Shown here piece after piece: positions 7,055-18,002 of a DNA stretch of 64,000 bases. The stretch spans positions 19,290 to 83,289 of the forward strand of contig JBDZVZ010000004.1 of NCBI GenBank assembly GCA_040255945.1, read 5' to 3'. The notes under the pieces were generated by a model that worked only from the letters and a program-made list of their open reading frames with translations, had not been told where the DNA came from and did not search any database. The translations under genes were made by a program, and so were the position numbers. Position 1 is the stretch's first letter. Each line of letters begins with the position of its first letter. The stretch is from Solirubrobacterales bacterium (GTDB taxonomy: Bacteria > Actinomycetota > Thermoleophilia > Solirubrobacterales > Solirubrobacteraceae).

Positions 7055-7876
7055 TCAGGACGCCGCGCGCCACAGCTCGCCGCCGAGGACGCGCTCGACC
7101 GCGACGGCGAAGTCGGCCGCCAGCGCCCAGAGCTCGGCGGCGGCGCGCGGCCACGGCAGGCCGCAGGCGGCGGCGACCTCGGCGGTCGTCAGCGGGCCGA
7201 GCCCGCGCACGGCGTCGGCCACGCCCGGCAGCGGCCCGGGCTCGCCTCCCGCGGCGGCGACCGCGTCGCGCAGCTGCGCCGGCGTGACCTTGCCCGACAG
7301 CCAGCGCGGCCGGCCGCCGTCGGCACTGACGGCGAACGTCGGGAACGCGGCCCGCGGCGGCTCGGCGGTCGGCGACCGGACCGCCTCGGGCGCCGATCGT
7401 GCGCGCTCGAGGTCGGCCCCGAACGCCTCGGCGATGGCGTTGGAGTGCAGGTCGATCGCAAACCGGGCCAGGTCGAGCCCGTCGACGCCGCGCGCGACCT
7501 CCTCGAGCGCGTCGGGGCTGTCCTGGGCGGCCCCGCGCAGCCAGAAGCCCTCGCGCAGCAGGCGCAGCAGCGGGCCGTCGAGGCGTTGCTCGGCGGCTGC
7601 CTTGACCGCCAGGCAGGCGGGGTAGGTCGACCGCGGCGGCCGCCCGCCCTGCCCGAGCCACGAGCGCGGATCGACCGGCATCCCCGACCACGCGGACGCG
7701 TCGAGCGCCTCGGGCACCTCGTGGGATGGATCGTCCAGGTCACGGGCAAGACCTCCCATGACGTAGGTGATCCGCACCTGGTCGGCGAACTCCGAACGGA
7801 GACGAGCCACTGCCGGCTCCGTCGCCCACGACCAGGGACAGGCCGGATCGGTGATGTACGCGACATGGACCCCCAC
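7055..7876 (-). CDS. DsbA-family thioredoxin-fold protein (CxxS variant)
   Basis: VGVHVAYITDPACPWSWATEP carries a CPWS motif where DsbA/FrnE proteins have CPWC. No signal peptide. The start is uncertain: GTG 7876, or GTG 7915 as in the ORF track. Confidence 0.65.
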   Translation of the reverse strand: MGVHVAYITDPACPWSWATEPAVARLRSEFADQVRITYVMGGLARDLDDPSHEVPEALDASAWSGMPVDPRSWLGQGGRPPRSTYPACLAVKAAAEQRLDGPLLRLLREGFWLRGAAQDSPDALEEVARGVDGLDLARFAIDLHSNAIAEAFGADLERARSAPEAVRSPTAEPPRAAFPTFAVSADGGRPRWLSGKVTPAQLRDAVAAAGGEPGPLPGVADAVRGLGPLTTAEVAAACGLPWPRAAAELWALAADFAVAVERVLGGELWRAAS

Positions 7877-7895
7877 GGAGCCCCACAATAGAGGC

Positions 7896-9407
7896 GTGAG
7901 CTCGCAGGTCGGCACCCTGCTGAATGGCCGTTACCGGCTCGATGCGCGCATCGGGACCGGCGGCATGTCGACCGTCTACCGCGCGTTCGACACTGTTCTG
8001 GAGCGTCAGGTCGCGATCAAGCTCATGCACCGCGAGATCGCCCGGGACTCCGACCAGCTCGAGCGCTTCCGCCGCGAGGCGCGCGCGGTCGCCCAGCTCA
8101 ACCACCCGCACATCGTCACCGTCATCGACGCGGGCGAGGACGACTCGGCGGGCCTGGGCGGCGGGACGCCGTTCATCGTCTTCGAGTACGTCGACGGCGA
8201 GACGCTCAAGCAGCGCATCCGCCGCTTCGGCCGCCTGCCGGTGCCGGAGGCCATCGCCTACGCGATCGAGGTCGCCCGCGCGCTGGGCATCGCCCACGAC
8301 CGCGGCATCGTCCACCGCGACGTCAAGCCCCAGAACGTCCTCATCGACCCGGAGGGCTCGGCGAAGGTCACCGACTTCGGGATCGCCCGCACGCTCGACC
8401 AGGAGGGGCTGACCGCCGACGGGCGCGTGCTGGGCACGACCGACTACGTCTCGCCCGAGCAGGCCCTGGGCCATCCGGTCACCGGCCAGAGCGACCTGTA
8501 CTCGCTCGGCATCGTCCTCTTCGAGATGCTCACCGGCGACGTCCCGTTCAAGGGCGACAACCAGGTCGCGGTGGCGATGAAGCACGTCCGCGAGGACCTG
8601 CCCGACATCCAGCTGCTGCGCCCCGAGGTCTCCAGCGCGCTGGCCGCCGTGCTCGAGCGGGCGACCGCCAAGGACCTCGAGCGCCGCTACGCCGACGACC
8701 GCACGTTCATCGCCGAGCTCGAGGAGTGCCTGGCGATCGAGACGGCCCGCACCGGCCAGGTCACCGGCGAGGCGACCGCGGTCCTGCGGACGCTGCCGCC
8801 GGCCGCCCGCCGCCGCCTGCCGACCCGGATCACACACCGGGGCCGCGCGCTCGCATCGGTGGCGGTCGTCGCGATCGCGCTGGCGGTCGTCGCCGTCGTC
8901 CTGCTCGGGCGCACGGAGCGCGGCACGAGCCAGCGGCCGGTCCAGCCGGCGTCGCCAGGGCTCAGCACCGTCTCGCTGGCCCAGTCCGGCGCCCACGACT
9001 ACGACCCGCTCGGCGACAACCACGAGGAGCACCCGCAGGAGGCCCGGCTCGTCCTCGACGACAACCCGGCCACGTCGTGGTCGACCGAGACGTACCGCAG
9101 CGGGCTGGGCGACAAGGCCGGGGTCGGCATCTACGTCGACGCGCGGCCCGGCACGCCCGGCAAGGTGCTCGGCATCCGCACGCCGACGACCGGCTGGAAG
9201 GGCAAGGTCCTCGTCGCCAAGAACGGGCCGCCGGCGAGCATCGACGGCTGGCAGGACATCGGCGCGGCGATCGACGCCACCAGCACGAAGATCTCGGTCC
9301 CGCTCGACACCGCCGGCCAGGACTTCCGCTATTACCTCGTGTGGATCACGCAGCTGCCGCCCAACGGCGACAAGGTCGAGATCTCCGAGATCACCCTCCA
9401 GCACTGA
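7896..9407 (+). CDS. Ser/Thr protein kinase with single TM and extracellular discoidin (F5/8 type C)-like domain
   Basis: Hanks motifs GTGGMSTVY, AIK, HRDVKPQN, DFGIA, SPEQ. TM LASVAVVAIALAVVAVVLL. The C-terminus DDNPATSWSTETY...GIYVD...FRYYLVWITQLP...VEISEITL is discoidin-like. GTG 7896 follows GAGG; an alternative ATG lies at 7854. Confidence 0.85.
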   Translation: MSSQVGTLLNGRYRLDARIGTGGMSTVYRAFDTVLERQVAIKLMHREIARDSDQLERFRREARAVAQLNHPHIVTVIDAGEDDSAGLGGGTPFIVFEYVDGETLKQRIRRFGRLPVPEAIAYAIEVARALGIAHDRGIVHRDVKPQNVLIDPEGSAKVTDFGIARTLDQEGLTADGRVLGTTDYVSPEQALGHPVTGQSDLYSLGIVLFEMLTGDVPFKGDNQVAVAMKHVREDLPDIQLLRPEVSSALAAVLERATAKDLERRYADDRTFIAELEECLAIETARTGQVTGEATAVLRTLPPAARRRLPTRITHRGRALASVAVVAIALAVVAVVLLGRTERGTSQRPVQPASPGLSTVSLAQSGAHDYDPLGDNHEEHPQEARLVLDDNPATSWSTETYRSGLGDKAGVGIYVDARPGTPGKVLGIRTPTTGWKGKVLVAKNGPPASIDGWQDIGAAIDATSTKISVPLDTAGQDFRYYLVWITQLPPNGDKVEISEITLQH

Positions 9408-9470
9408 ATCGGCGGTCCGGGCGCCAACCGGGCGGCTGCGCCCGCGCCCCGCGCGGTCGATCACCCGGGT

Positions 9471-9653
9471 GTGTCCTCCCTCCCCCTGCACCACCCCCTG
9501 GAAGCGCTGCGGGCGCACCGGATCAGCGCAACCCGCAAGCCCGCCGCCACCGAGCCCGGGCTCGACGCCCGCACGGCGGCGGCCCGCCGCATCCGCGAGC
9601 GCGACCGCGACCGCGCGGCCACGAGCGTCCCGCCGCCGCGGCCGCTGCCGTAG
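9471..9653 (+). CDS. possible small hypothetical protein (60 aa)
   Basis: 58 of 60 codons end in G/C (counted by hand), a codon-position bias typical of genuine genes in this genome. There is no SD and no recognisable family. The antisense frame that shares third positions reads as R/G/A-rich junk. Confidence 0.25.
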   Translation: MSSLPLHHPLEALRAHRISATRKPAATEPGLDARTAAARRIRERDRDRAATSVPPPRPLP

Positions 9654-9690
9654 CCCCAACCGCGAGCCCGGCCCCTGGCGCCGGCGTTCG

Positions 9691-10658
9691 TCAGAAGCGC
9701 AGCGCGCGCTCGCGCTCGAAGCGCGCCACGGCGATGCGGCAGAGCTCGTCCATGAGCTCCGGGTAGGGCAGGCCCGAGCGCTCCCAGAGCACGCCGTAGA
9801 CCGAGGTCGTCGTCTGGCCCGGCATCGTGTTGAGCTCGTTGAGCAGCACGGTCTCGCCGTCGACGAAGAAGTCCGCGCGCGCCAGGCCGCTGCACCCGGA
9901 AGCGACGAACGCCCGCGCCGCCAGCTCGCGCACCTGCGCCATGGCGGCCTCCGAGATGCGCGCCGGCACCTCCAGGCGCATGCCGCCCTCGGTGTACTTC
10001 GCCTCGTAGTCGTACCAGTCGGCGTCACCGGTCAACACGATCTCGCCCGGGGTCGACACGCGCGCGTGGGCCAGGTCGCCGAGCACGGAGCACTCGACCT
10101 CGATCCCGGTCGCCGACGCCTCGACGATGACCCGCTCGTCGTAGGCGAACGCCTCGCGCAGCGCGCCCTCGAGGTCGTCGGCACGGTCGACGCGGACGAT
10201 GCCGACCGACGAGCCCATCCGCGCGGGCTTGACCCACACCGGCAGGCCGAGCCCGGACACGTCCGGTGTCGGGCGCCCGGCGATCGCCAGCGCGTAGCCG
10301 ACCTGCGGGATGGCCGCGGTGGCCATGAGGTCCTTGAAGACGACCTTGTCGAGGCAGACCGCGCTGGCCATGACGCCCGCGCCCACGTAGGCGACGTCGA
10401 GCAGCTCCAGCAGGCCCTGGACCGTGCCGTCCTCGCCGAACGCGCCGTGCAGGACCGGGAAGACGACGTCGGCGTCGAGCAGGCCGCGGCCCGGGTGCAG
10501 CGCGAGCTCCTCGGAGCCGTGCCACCACGTGCCGTCGCGCTCCAGGCGCACGACGACGACGTCGTGGCCGGCCTCGGCCAGACCGTCGCGCACCGAGGCG
10601 GCGCTCGCGAGCGAGACGTCGTGCTCGGAGGACCGGCCGCCCTCCAGGACGCAGACCC

Positions 10659-10662
<4 letters not shown>
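9691..10662 (-). CDS. ddl: D-alanine--D-alanine ligase (copy 1)
   Basis: MRVCVLEGGRSSEHDVSLASA, FPVLHGAFGEDGTVQGLLE, VKPARMGSSVGI, WYDYEAKYTEGG and LNELNTMPG are Ddl/ATP-grasp signatures. The GTG start overlaps the pknB stop (GTGA, 10659-10662). Confidence 0.9.
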
Positions 10663-12607
<1,945 letters not shown>

Positions 12608-12611
<4 letters not shown>

Positions 12612-14062
12612 CGCTTCAGCAGCTCCTGCATGATGTCGCGCGCGATCGGCGCGGCGAAGTCCCCGCCGAACCCCTGGACGCCCTTGACGGTGACGGCGAC
12701 GGCGACGCGCGGATGATCGGCGGGCGCGAAGCCGATGAACCACACGTTGTTGATCTTGTCGCCGAACTCGGTCTCGGCGGTGCCGGTCTTGCCGGCGACC
12801 TGGATGCCGGGGATCTGCGCCTGGGTGCCGGTGCCCCGCTGCACGACGCCGACCATCATGTCCTTCAGGGCGGTCGCCGTCGACGGACGCATGACGGTCG
12901 CCTGCGGCTCCGGGTCGACGGTCTCGATCGTGCGGCCGTCGTGGTCGAGGATCTTGCTCGTGATGTGCGGCTTCATGAGCCGTCCCCCGTTGGCGACCGC
13001 AGCCGCCACCTGGGCCATCTGCAGCGGGGTGGCGTCCAGCCCGCCCTGGCCGATGCTCAGGCGGCCGAGGTCGACGTACCTCGAGGTCGGGGGCACCGGA
13101 TGGCCGGGCGGGGTGGGCACGACGGCGCTGACCGACATCGCGTCGCGCGGGTAGTCGGTGATCTGCGGCTTGCGGTCGAACCCGAAGCGCTCCATGTAGC
13201 GCTTCATCGTCGGCTTGCCCAGGGCGACGCCGACGTTCGCCCACGCCGTGTTGATCGACTTCACGAGCGCGGTGGTCAGGTCGACCTGGCCGAAGTCCTG
13301 GTTGAAGTCGTTGGCCAGCGCCACGCCGGAGAACTTCTGGCCGCTGTCGCCGTCGACGGTCGACTGGGGCGTGAAGCGGCCGCTGTCGAGCGCGGCGGCG
13401 GCGGTGACGACCTTGAACGTCGAGCCCGGGGCGTAGCCGAACTGGACCGCCCGGTTGACGAGCGGCTTGTGGGTCTCGTCGCGGTTGAACGCCTTGAGCT
13501 TGGACTCGTCGCGGATGTCGTCGGGGTCGTAGCCGGGCCAGGAGGCCATGACCTTCACCGCCCCGGTGCGCGGGTCCAGGGCGACGGCGGCGCCGCTGTC
13601 GCCGGCCCGGGCGATGCCGTCCAGCGCGACCTGCTGGGCCTGCGGGTCGAGCGCCGTGCGGACCTCGTGACCGCGCGGCCGGCGGCCGAGCAGCTCGTCG
13701 AACGTCGTGCGGATGGCGTCTTCCTTGCCCATGAGCGCGTCGTTGCGGGCGGCCTCGAACTCGGTCTGCCCGCGTCCCACGAACGAGTAGCCGACCGGGT
13801 GGCCGAAGCGCGCCCCCTGCGGGTACAGGCGCCGGTAGAGGCCGTGCTCGTCCTTGACCGACCGGGCGATGATCGAGCCGTCCGCGGCGCGGATCGTGCC
13901 GCGCTGGATCTTCAGCGAGCGTACGAGCGCGCGTGTGTTCTCGCGCGAGTGGTCGTTGTTGAGCTCGTCGGCCTTGACGATCGTCCACCACGAGGTCGCG
14001 CCGACGAGCGCGAGGAACATGAGCAGCGCGACGCCGAAGAGGCGCATGATCGGCCCGTTCAT
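12608..14062 (-). CDS. pbpA: penicillin-binding protein (class B transpeptidase, PbpA-like)
   Basis: N-terminal TM, then the transpeptidase motifs STFK (PGSTFKVV), SIN (KSINTA) and KTGT (AGKTGTAE). The ATG overlaps the rodA stop (ATGA, 14059-14062). Confidence 0.9.
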
Positions 14063-15417
14063 CGCGGCTCCACGTCCCTCCGGGCCCGGTCGCTGACGAG
14101 CAGCAGCAGGGCGAGCAGCACGAAGTTCGCCATGACCGACGATCCGCCGTAGGAGACGAACGGCAGCGTCACCCCGGTCAGCGGGATGAGCTTCGTCACG
14201 CCGCCGACGATGACGAACACCTGCAGCGCGAAGACCGACGTCAGCCCGGCGGCCAGCAGCTTCGAGAACGAGTCGCGTGCCAGCAGCGCGATCTTGAAGC
14301 CGCGCTGGACGATGAGCAGGTAGACGCACAGCAGCGCCGCCGCACCGACGAGCCCGAGCTCGTTGACGATGACCGCGTAGATGAAGTCCGTGTGCGGCGC
14401 GGGCAGCATCGAGCAGTTCACGAGGCTCGTGCAGTTGCCCTGGACCAGGCCCGAGATGTCGAGCACCGCCTGGCCGAACCCCTGGCCGAGCACGCCGCCG
14501 TCGGCCTGGGCGAAGAGCGACTGGGCCAGCTGCGCGCTGCCCCCCGGCTTGTTGTAGAGCGTCCAGTTGAACGGGTCCTGCCAGGCGTCGATCCGGTCGG
14601 AGATGTGACCGACGTGGCCGGCCACCAGCCAGGCCCCGGCCCCGAAGAGCACGAGCCCGACCACGACGAACGAGACCCGCGACGTCGCGATGTAGAGCAT
14701 CGCCAAGAACGCCCCGAAGAACATGACCGACGAGCCGATGTCCCGGATGAAGAACAGCAGCAGCATCGTCGCGCCCCAGATGACGAGCATCGGGCCGAAG
14801 TGCTTGATCGGCGGGATCGTCACCCCCATGACCCGGCGGCCGGCGGTGACGAGCAGCTGGCGGGTGTCGCGCAGGTAGCTGGCGAGGAAGACGACCATCG
14901 CGATCTTCGCGAACTCGGCCGGCTGGACGCTGAGCGAGCCGACCCGGATCGCGAGGTAGGCGCCGTTGACCGGCGCGAAGAGCCGCGGCAGCAGCAGCAG
15001 GCCGATGCCGCCGAGCACGATGAGGTAGCGGTAGCGCTCGAGCACCCGGTAGTCGCGACGCAGCAGCAGGATCGTCGCCGAGAACAGGACGAGGCCGAAG
15101 ACGAACCACTCGGCCTGCTGGCGGGCCAGCGACGCGTCGATCCGGTAGATCTCGACGAGGCCGAAGCACGCCAGCAGGGCGGCGAGCGGGAAGAGGTACG
15201 GGTCGGCGTTGCGCAGCGTCAGCCGCAGCACGAGGTGCGCGGCGATGCACAGCCCGAGGAAGATCGCCCCGTAGGTGACCGAGACGTCGGAGACCTCGTT
15301 GCGGCCGCTCAGGCCGCCGACGAGGTCCTCGCGCGAGAGGAACACGGCGGCGAACCCGGCGGTGACGAGCAGCGCCGCCGGGATGAGGGCCAGGAACTCA
15401 CGGTTGCGCGCCGACAT
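14059..15417 (-). CDS. rodA: FtsW/RodA/SpoVE-family peptidoglycan glycosyltransferase
   Basis: Polytopic membrane protein. Its C-terminal motif ...GVTKLIPLTGVTLPFVSYGGSS is typical of the SEDS family. It lies within the fhaA-pknB cluster. Confidence 0.9.
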   Translation of the reverse strand: MSARNREFLALIPAALLVTAGFAAVFLSREDLVGGLSGRNEVSDVSVTYGAIFLGLCIAAHLVLRLTLRNADPYLFPLAALLACFGLVEIYRIDASLARQQAEWFVFGLVLFSATILLLRRDYRVLERYRYLIVLGGIGLLLLPRLFAPVNGAYLAIRVGSLSVQPAEFAKIAMVVFLASYLRDTRQLLVTAGRRVMGVTIPPIKHFGPMLVIWGATMLLLFFIRDIGSSVMFFGAFLAMLYIATSRVSFVVVGLVLFGAGAWLVAGHVGHISDRIDAWQDPFNWTLYNKPGGSAQLAQSLFAQADGGVLGQGFGQAVLDISGLVQGNCTSLVNCSMLPAPHTDFIYAVIVNELGLVGAAALLCVYLLIVQRGFKIALLARDSFSKLLAAGLTSVFALQVFVIVGGVTKLIPLTGVTLPFVSYGGSSVMANFVLLALLLLVSDRARRDVEPR

Positions 15418-16623
15418 CTACTGCCCGGCCACCGTGCCGCGCTCGAGCTGGCGGACGAGGTCGACGGCGTCCTGTTGGGAGCGCAGCTTGTGCTCGGTGA
15501 CGAGCCCCCGCACCCGCGCGGGCAGCGTCGCGGTCGGCAGGCCGCTCGTGTACTGCTCCTGGTAGAGCGGCAGGCCGGGCAGCGAGTAGGGCACGCCCTG
15601 GTAGAGGGTGACGAAGCCCTGCTCGTCGCTGCCGACGAAGTACGCGCTGCGGCTGGCGATCCAGGCGCCGCTGCCGACGAGCGCCACGAGGATGAGCAGG
15701 ACCGTGAGCCCCTTCAGCGGACCGGCCCAGCGGCGCGGCCGGCGCCTGCCGGGCGCCGTCTCACGCGGGGCGCGCGGGGCGCGGACCGCCACCGGTTCGG
15801 CCCGGCGGGCCGCCGCCTCCTCGGTCGCCGCGGCCGAGCGGACCTCGGCGGTCGTGGGCGCCGCCTGGCCGACCATCGTGTGCTGCTCGCCGGCGGCGGG
15901 CGCGTCGACGGCCTCGACGCGGAAGAGGATGACCGTGATGTTGTCGCGGCCACCGGCCTCGTTGGCGGCGGCCACGAGCGCGTCGGCGGCCCCGCCGAGC
16001 GTCGCCGCCTGGGCGATCGTCGCCTCGATCCGCGGGTCGGCGACCATGTCGGTCAGGCCGTCGGAGCACAGCAGGAAGACGTCCCCGTCGGCGACCGGCC
16101 ACGTGTGGTGGTCGACGACGACGTGATGCTCGGGCCCCAGGGCCCGCGTGATGATCGAGCGCTGCGGGTGGTCCTCCGCCTCGCGCTCGGAGAGCTGGCC
16201 GCGGCGGACGAGCTCGCCGACGAGCGAGTGGTCGTCGGTGAGCTGCTGCAGCTCGCCGTCGCGGAAGCGGTACAGGCGGCTGTCGCCGACGTGGGCGACG
16301 GCGAGGTCGTCGAGCCCGACGTAGGCGGCAGTCAGCGTCGTGCCCATGCCGGTGAGGTGCTCGTCGGAGCCGGCGAGGTCGTGGATGCGGACGTTCGCGT
16401 CGGCGACGATGGCGGCGAGCCGCTCCTCGTCGGAGCCGGGCCCGTCGGGCAGCCCGGCGGCGAACGCCTCGATCGCGGTGCGCGAGGCGACCTCGCCGGC
16501 CTGGGCGCCGCCCATGCCGTCGGCGATGACGAACAGCGGCGAGCGGACGAAGTGGGAGTCCTCGTTGCCGGAGCGGCGGCGGCCGGTGTCGGTCCGCTTG
16601 GCGTGGTCGGTGACGCGCAGCAT
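15418..16623 (-). CDS. pstP: PP2C-family Ser/Thr phosphatase (PstP-like) with C-terminal membrane anchor
   Basis: RTDTGRRRSGNEDS, VIADGMGGAQAGEVAS, LLCSDGL and GGRDNITVI are PP2C motifs. A TM (LTVLLILVALVGSGAWIA) and an extracellular tail follow. Confidence 0.9.
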   Translation of the reverse strand: MLRVTDHAKRTDTGRRRSGNEDSHFVRSPLFVIADGMGGAQAGEVASRTAIEAFAAGLPDGPGSDEERLAAIVADANVRIHDLAGSDEHLTGMGTTLTAAYVGLDDLAVAHVGDSRLYRFRDGELQQLTDDHSLVGELVRRGQLSEREAEDHPQRSIITRALGPEHHVVVDHHTWPVADGDVFLLCSDGLTDMVADPRIEATIAQAATLGGAADALVAAANEAGGRDNITVILFRVEAVDAPAAGEQHTMVGQAAPTTAEVRSAAATEEAAARRAEPVAVRAPRAPRETAPGRRRPRRWAGPLKGLTVLLILVALVGSGAWIASRSAYFVGSDEQGFVTLYQGVPYSLPGLPLYQEQYTSGLPTATLPARVRGLVTEHKLRSQQDAVDLVRQLERGTVAGQ

Positions 16624-16625
16624 GC

Positions 16626-17126
16626 CTATCGATCCAGGTAGGTGAACTCGCTGTCGCCGATCCGCACGCGGTCACCGGCATGCAGGGGCTGCGGGCCGCT
16701 CAGCAGCTCCTCGTTGAGGTACGTGCCGTTCGTCGAGCCGAGGTCCTCGAGCACGACGATGCCGCCCTGGCGCAGCAGGCGCGCGTGGCGGGAGGAGGCG
16801 AACGGGTCCTCGAGGCGGATCTCGGCCTGGTCGCCACGGCCGAGGATCGCGCCCTCGCCGACCTCGTACTCCATGCCGGCCACGTGGCCCGGCGCCCGCT
16901 CCACGACGAGCCGGGGGTCGACGAGGCCGTCGCCGCCGGTCGACCCGGCCGCGTAGAGGCCGGTGGCCTCCTGAACCGGATCCCGCCCACCCTGAGCCGG
17001 ACCGGCCGTGGCGGTCGCCTTCGTCCGGCGCAGGTCCTTCAGCGCGCTGCGCGCGACCCAGAACAGGAAGAGGTACAGGACGGCGAGGAAGCCGAACTTC
17101 AGCACGACGGAGGCGGGATCGACCAT
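16626..17126 (-). CDS. fhaB: FHA-domain protein (FhaB/FipA-like)
   Basis: N-terminal TM plus a C-terminal FHA domain (ILGRG..AEIRLEDPFASSRHARL....VLEDLGSTNGTYLN). Confidence 0.85.
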   Translation of the reverse strand: MVDPASVVLKFGFLAVLYLFLFWVARSALKDLRRTKATATAGPAQGGRDPVQEATGLYAAGSTGGDGLVDPRLVVERAPGHVAGMEYEVGEGAILGRGDQAEIRLEDPFASSRHARLLRQGGIVVLEDLGSTNGTYLNEELLSGPQPLHAGDRVRIGDSEFTYLDR

Positions 17127-17129
17127 CGG

Positions 17130-17927
17130 CTACTCCACCTCGAACCGGATCGGGACGGTGCCGACCTCGACCTCGTCGCCGCTCTCGAGCGGGTGCGGGC
17201 CGTCGACCTGGCGGCCGTTGACGCGCAGCCCGTTCGTCGAGCCGAGGTCGCGGATGAGCCAGCCCTGCCCGCTGGGCGCGATCTCGGCGTGGCGCCGGGA
17301 GACGTTGCTGTCGGAGAGCACGATCTCGCACTCGCGGCTGCGGCCGATCGTCGCGCCGTGCGCCGGGACGACGAGGCGCTTGCCCTCCGCGACGACGATC
17401 GCGCGGCGGCGGGCGTGCGCGGCGCCGCCGCCGACCTCGCTGAGCGCCTCCTGGTGGCGGCTGCTCGTCGAGTAGATCATCGTGTGGCCCATCTCGGCGG
17501 ACGGCTCGGCCGCGCGGACTGCCGCCGGCGCCGCCGCCCCGGCGGGGACCCCGCCCCCGGCGTCGACGAGGCGGGCCTGGATGCCGAACTCGCCGAGCGC
17601 GAGGCGCTCGTCGGTGCGGAACTCGATCTGGGGGCGGCTGACGAGCGCGAGGCGCTCCTGGCGGGCGTGCTCGAGCAGGTAGGCGGCGAGCTCGTCGATG
17701 ACCGACGCCTCGACGCCGACGTAGCGCTCGCGGTCGGCGGGCGAGAGCCACACGACGTACTCGTTCGGGACGTAGGTGCGGGAGACCGAGACCGTGCGGT
17801 GCTCGTCCATCTCCTTGGCGAGCTTGCGCGCGAGCTCGACCGGTCGAACCTCCGACCGGAACACGCGACCGAACGTCCCCTCGACGAGGCCGGCGATCTT
17901 CTCTTCGAGGCTGCGGAGCACGCTCAT
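17130..17927 (-). CDS. fhaA: FHA-domain protein FhaA (DUF3662 + FHA)
   Basis: MSVLRSLEEKIAGLVEGTFGRVFRSEVRPVELARKLAKEMD is the FhaA N-terminal domain. A C-terminal FHA follows (TIGRSRECEIVLSDSNVSRRHAEI...IRDLGSTNGLRVNG). Confidence 0.87.
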   Translation of the reverse strand: MSVLRSLEEKIAGLVEGTFGRVFRSEVRPVELARKLAKEMDEHRTVSVSRTYVPNEYVVWLSPADRERYVGVEASVIDELAAYLLEHARQERLALVSRPQIEFRTDERLALGEFGIQARLVDAGGGVPAGAAAPAAVRAAEPSAEMGHTMIYSTSSRHQEALSEVGGGAAHARRRAIVVAEGKRLVVPAHGATIGRSRECEIVLSDSNVSRRHAEIAPSGQGWLIRDLGSTNGLRVNGRQVDGPHPLESGDEVEVGTVPIRFEVE

Positions 17928-18002
17928 GCCGTGAAGGGCCCCTTCCCCATGCCGGGGACCGCCCGCGGGCGGCGTGGTGCCGGTGAACCATGCTACGGAA
18001 GC

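Noticed and set aside
5850-7691. The N-terminal ~610 aa of ORF 5352-7691, and likewise the upstream extensions of ORFs 3490-5988, 2231-4498, 10659-13991, 12608-15250, 32981-34645 and 36963-38318.
   Set aside because: Only the C-terminal parts carry real domain signatures (SipW, TasA/LamG, PknB, PbpA, DnaA, collagen-like). The extensions read through neighbouring genes in the wrong frame. Internal ATG/GTG starts that overlap the upstream stop give proteins of normal length.
7055-7915. The DsbA-like gene as a dedicated oxidase for the secreted TasA-like proteins.
   Set aside because: There is no signal peptide or TM at any of the possible starts, and the active site is monothiol CPWS. The idea is kept only as a low-interest note.
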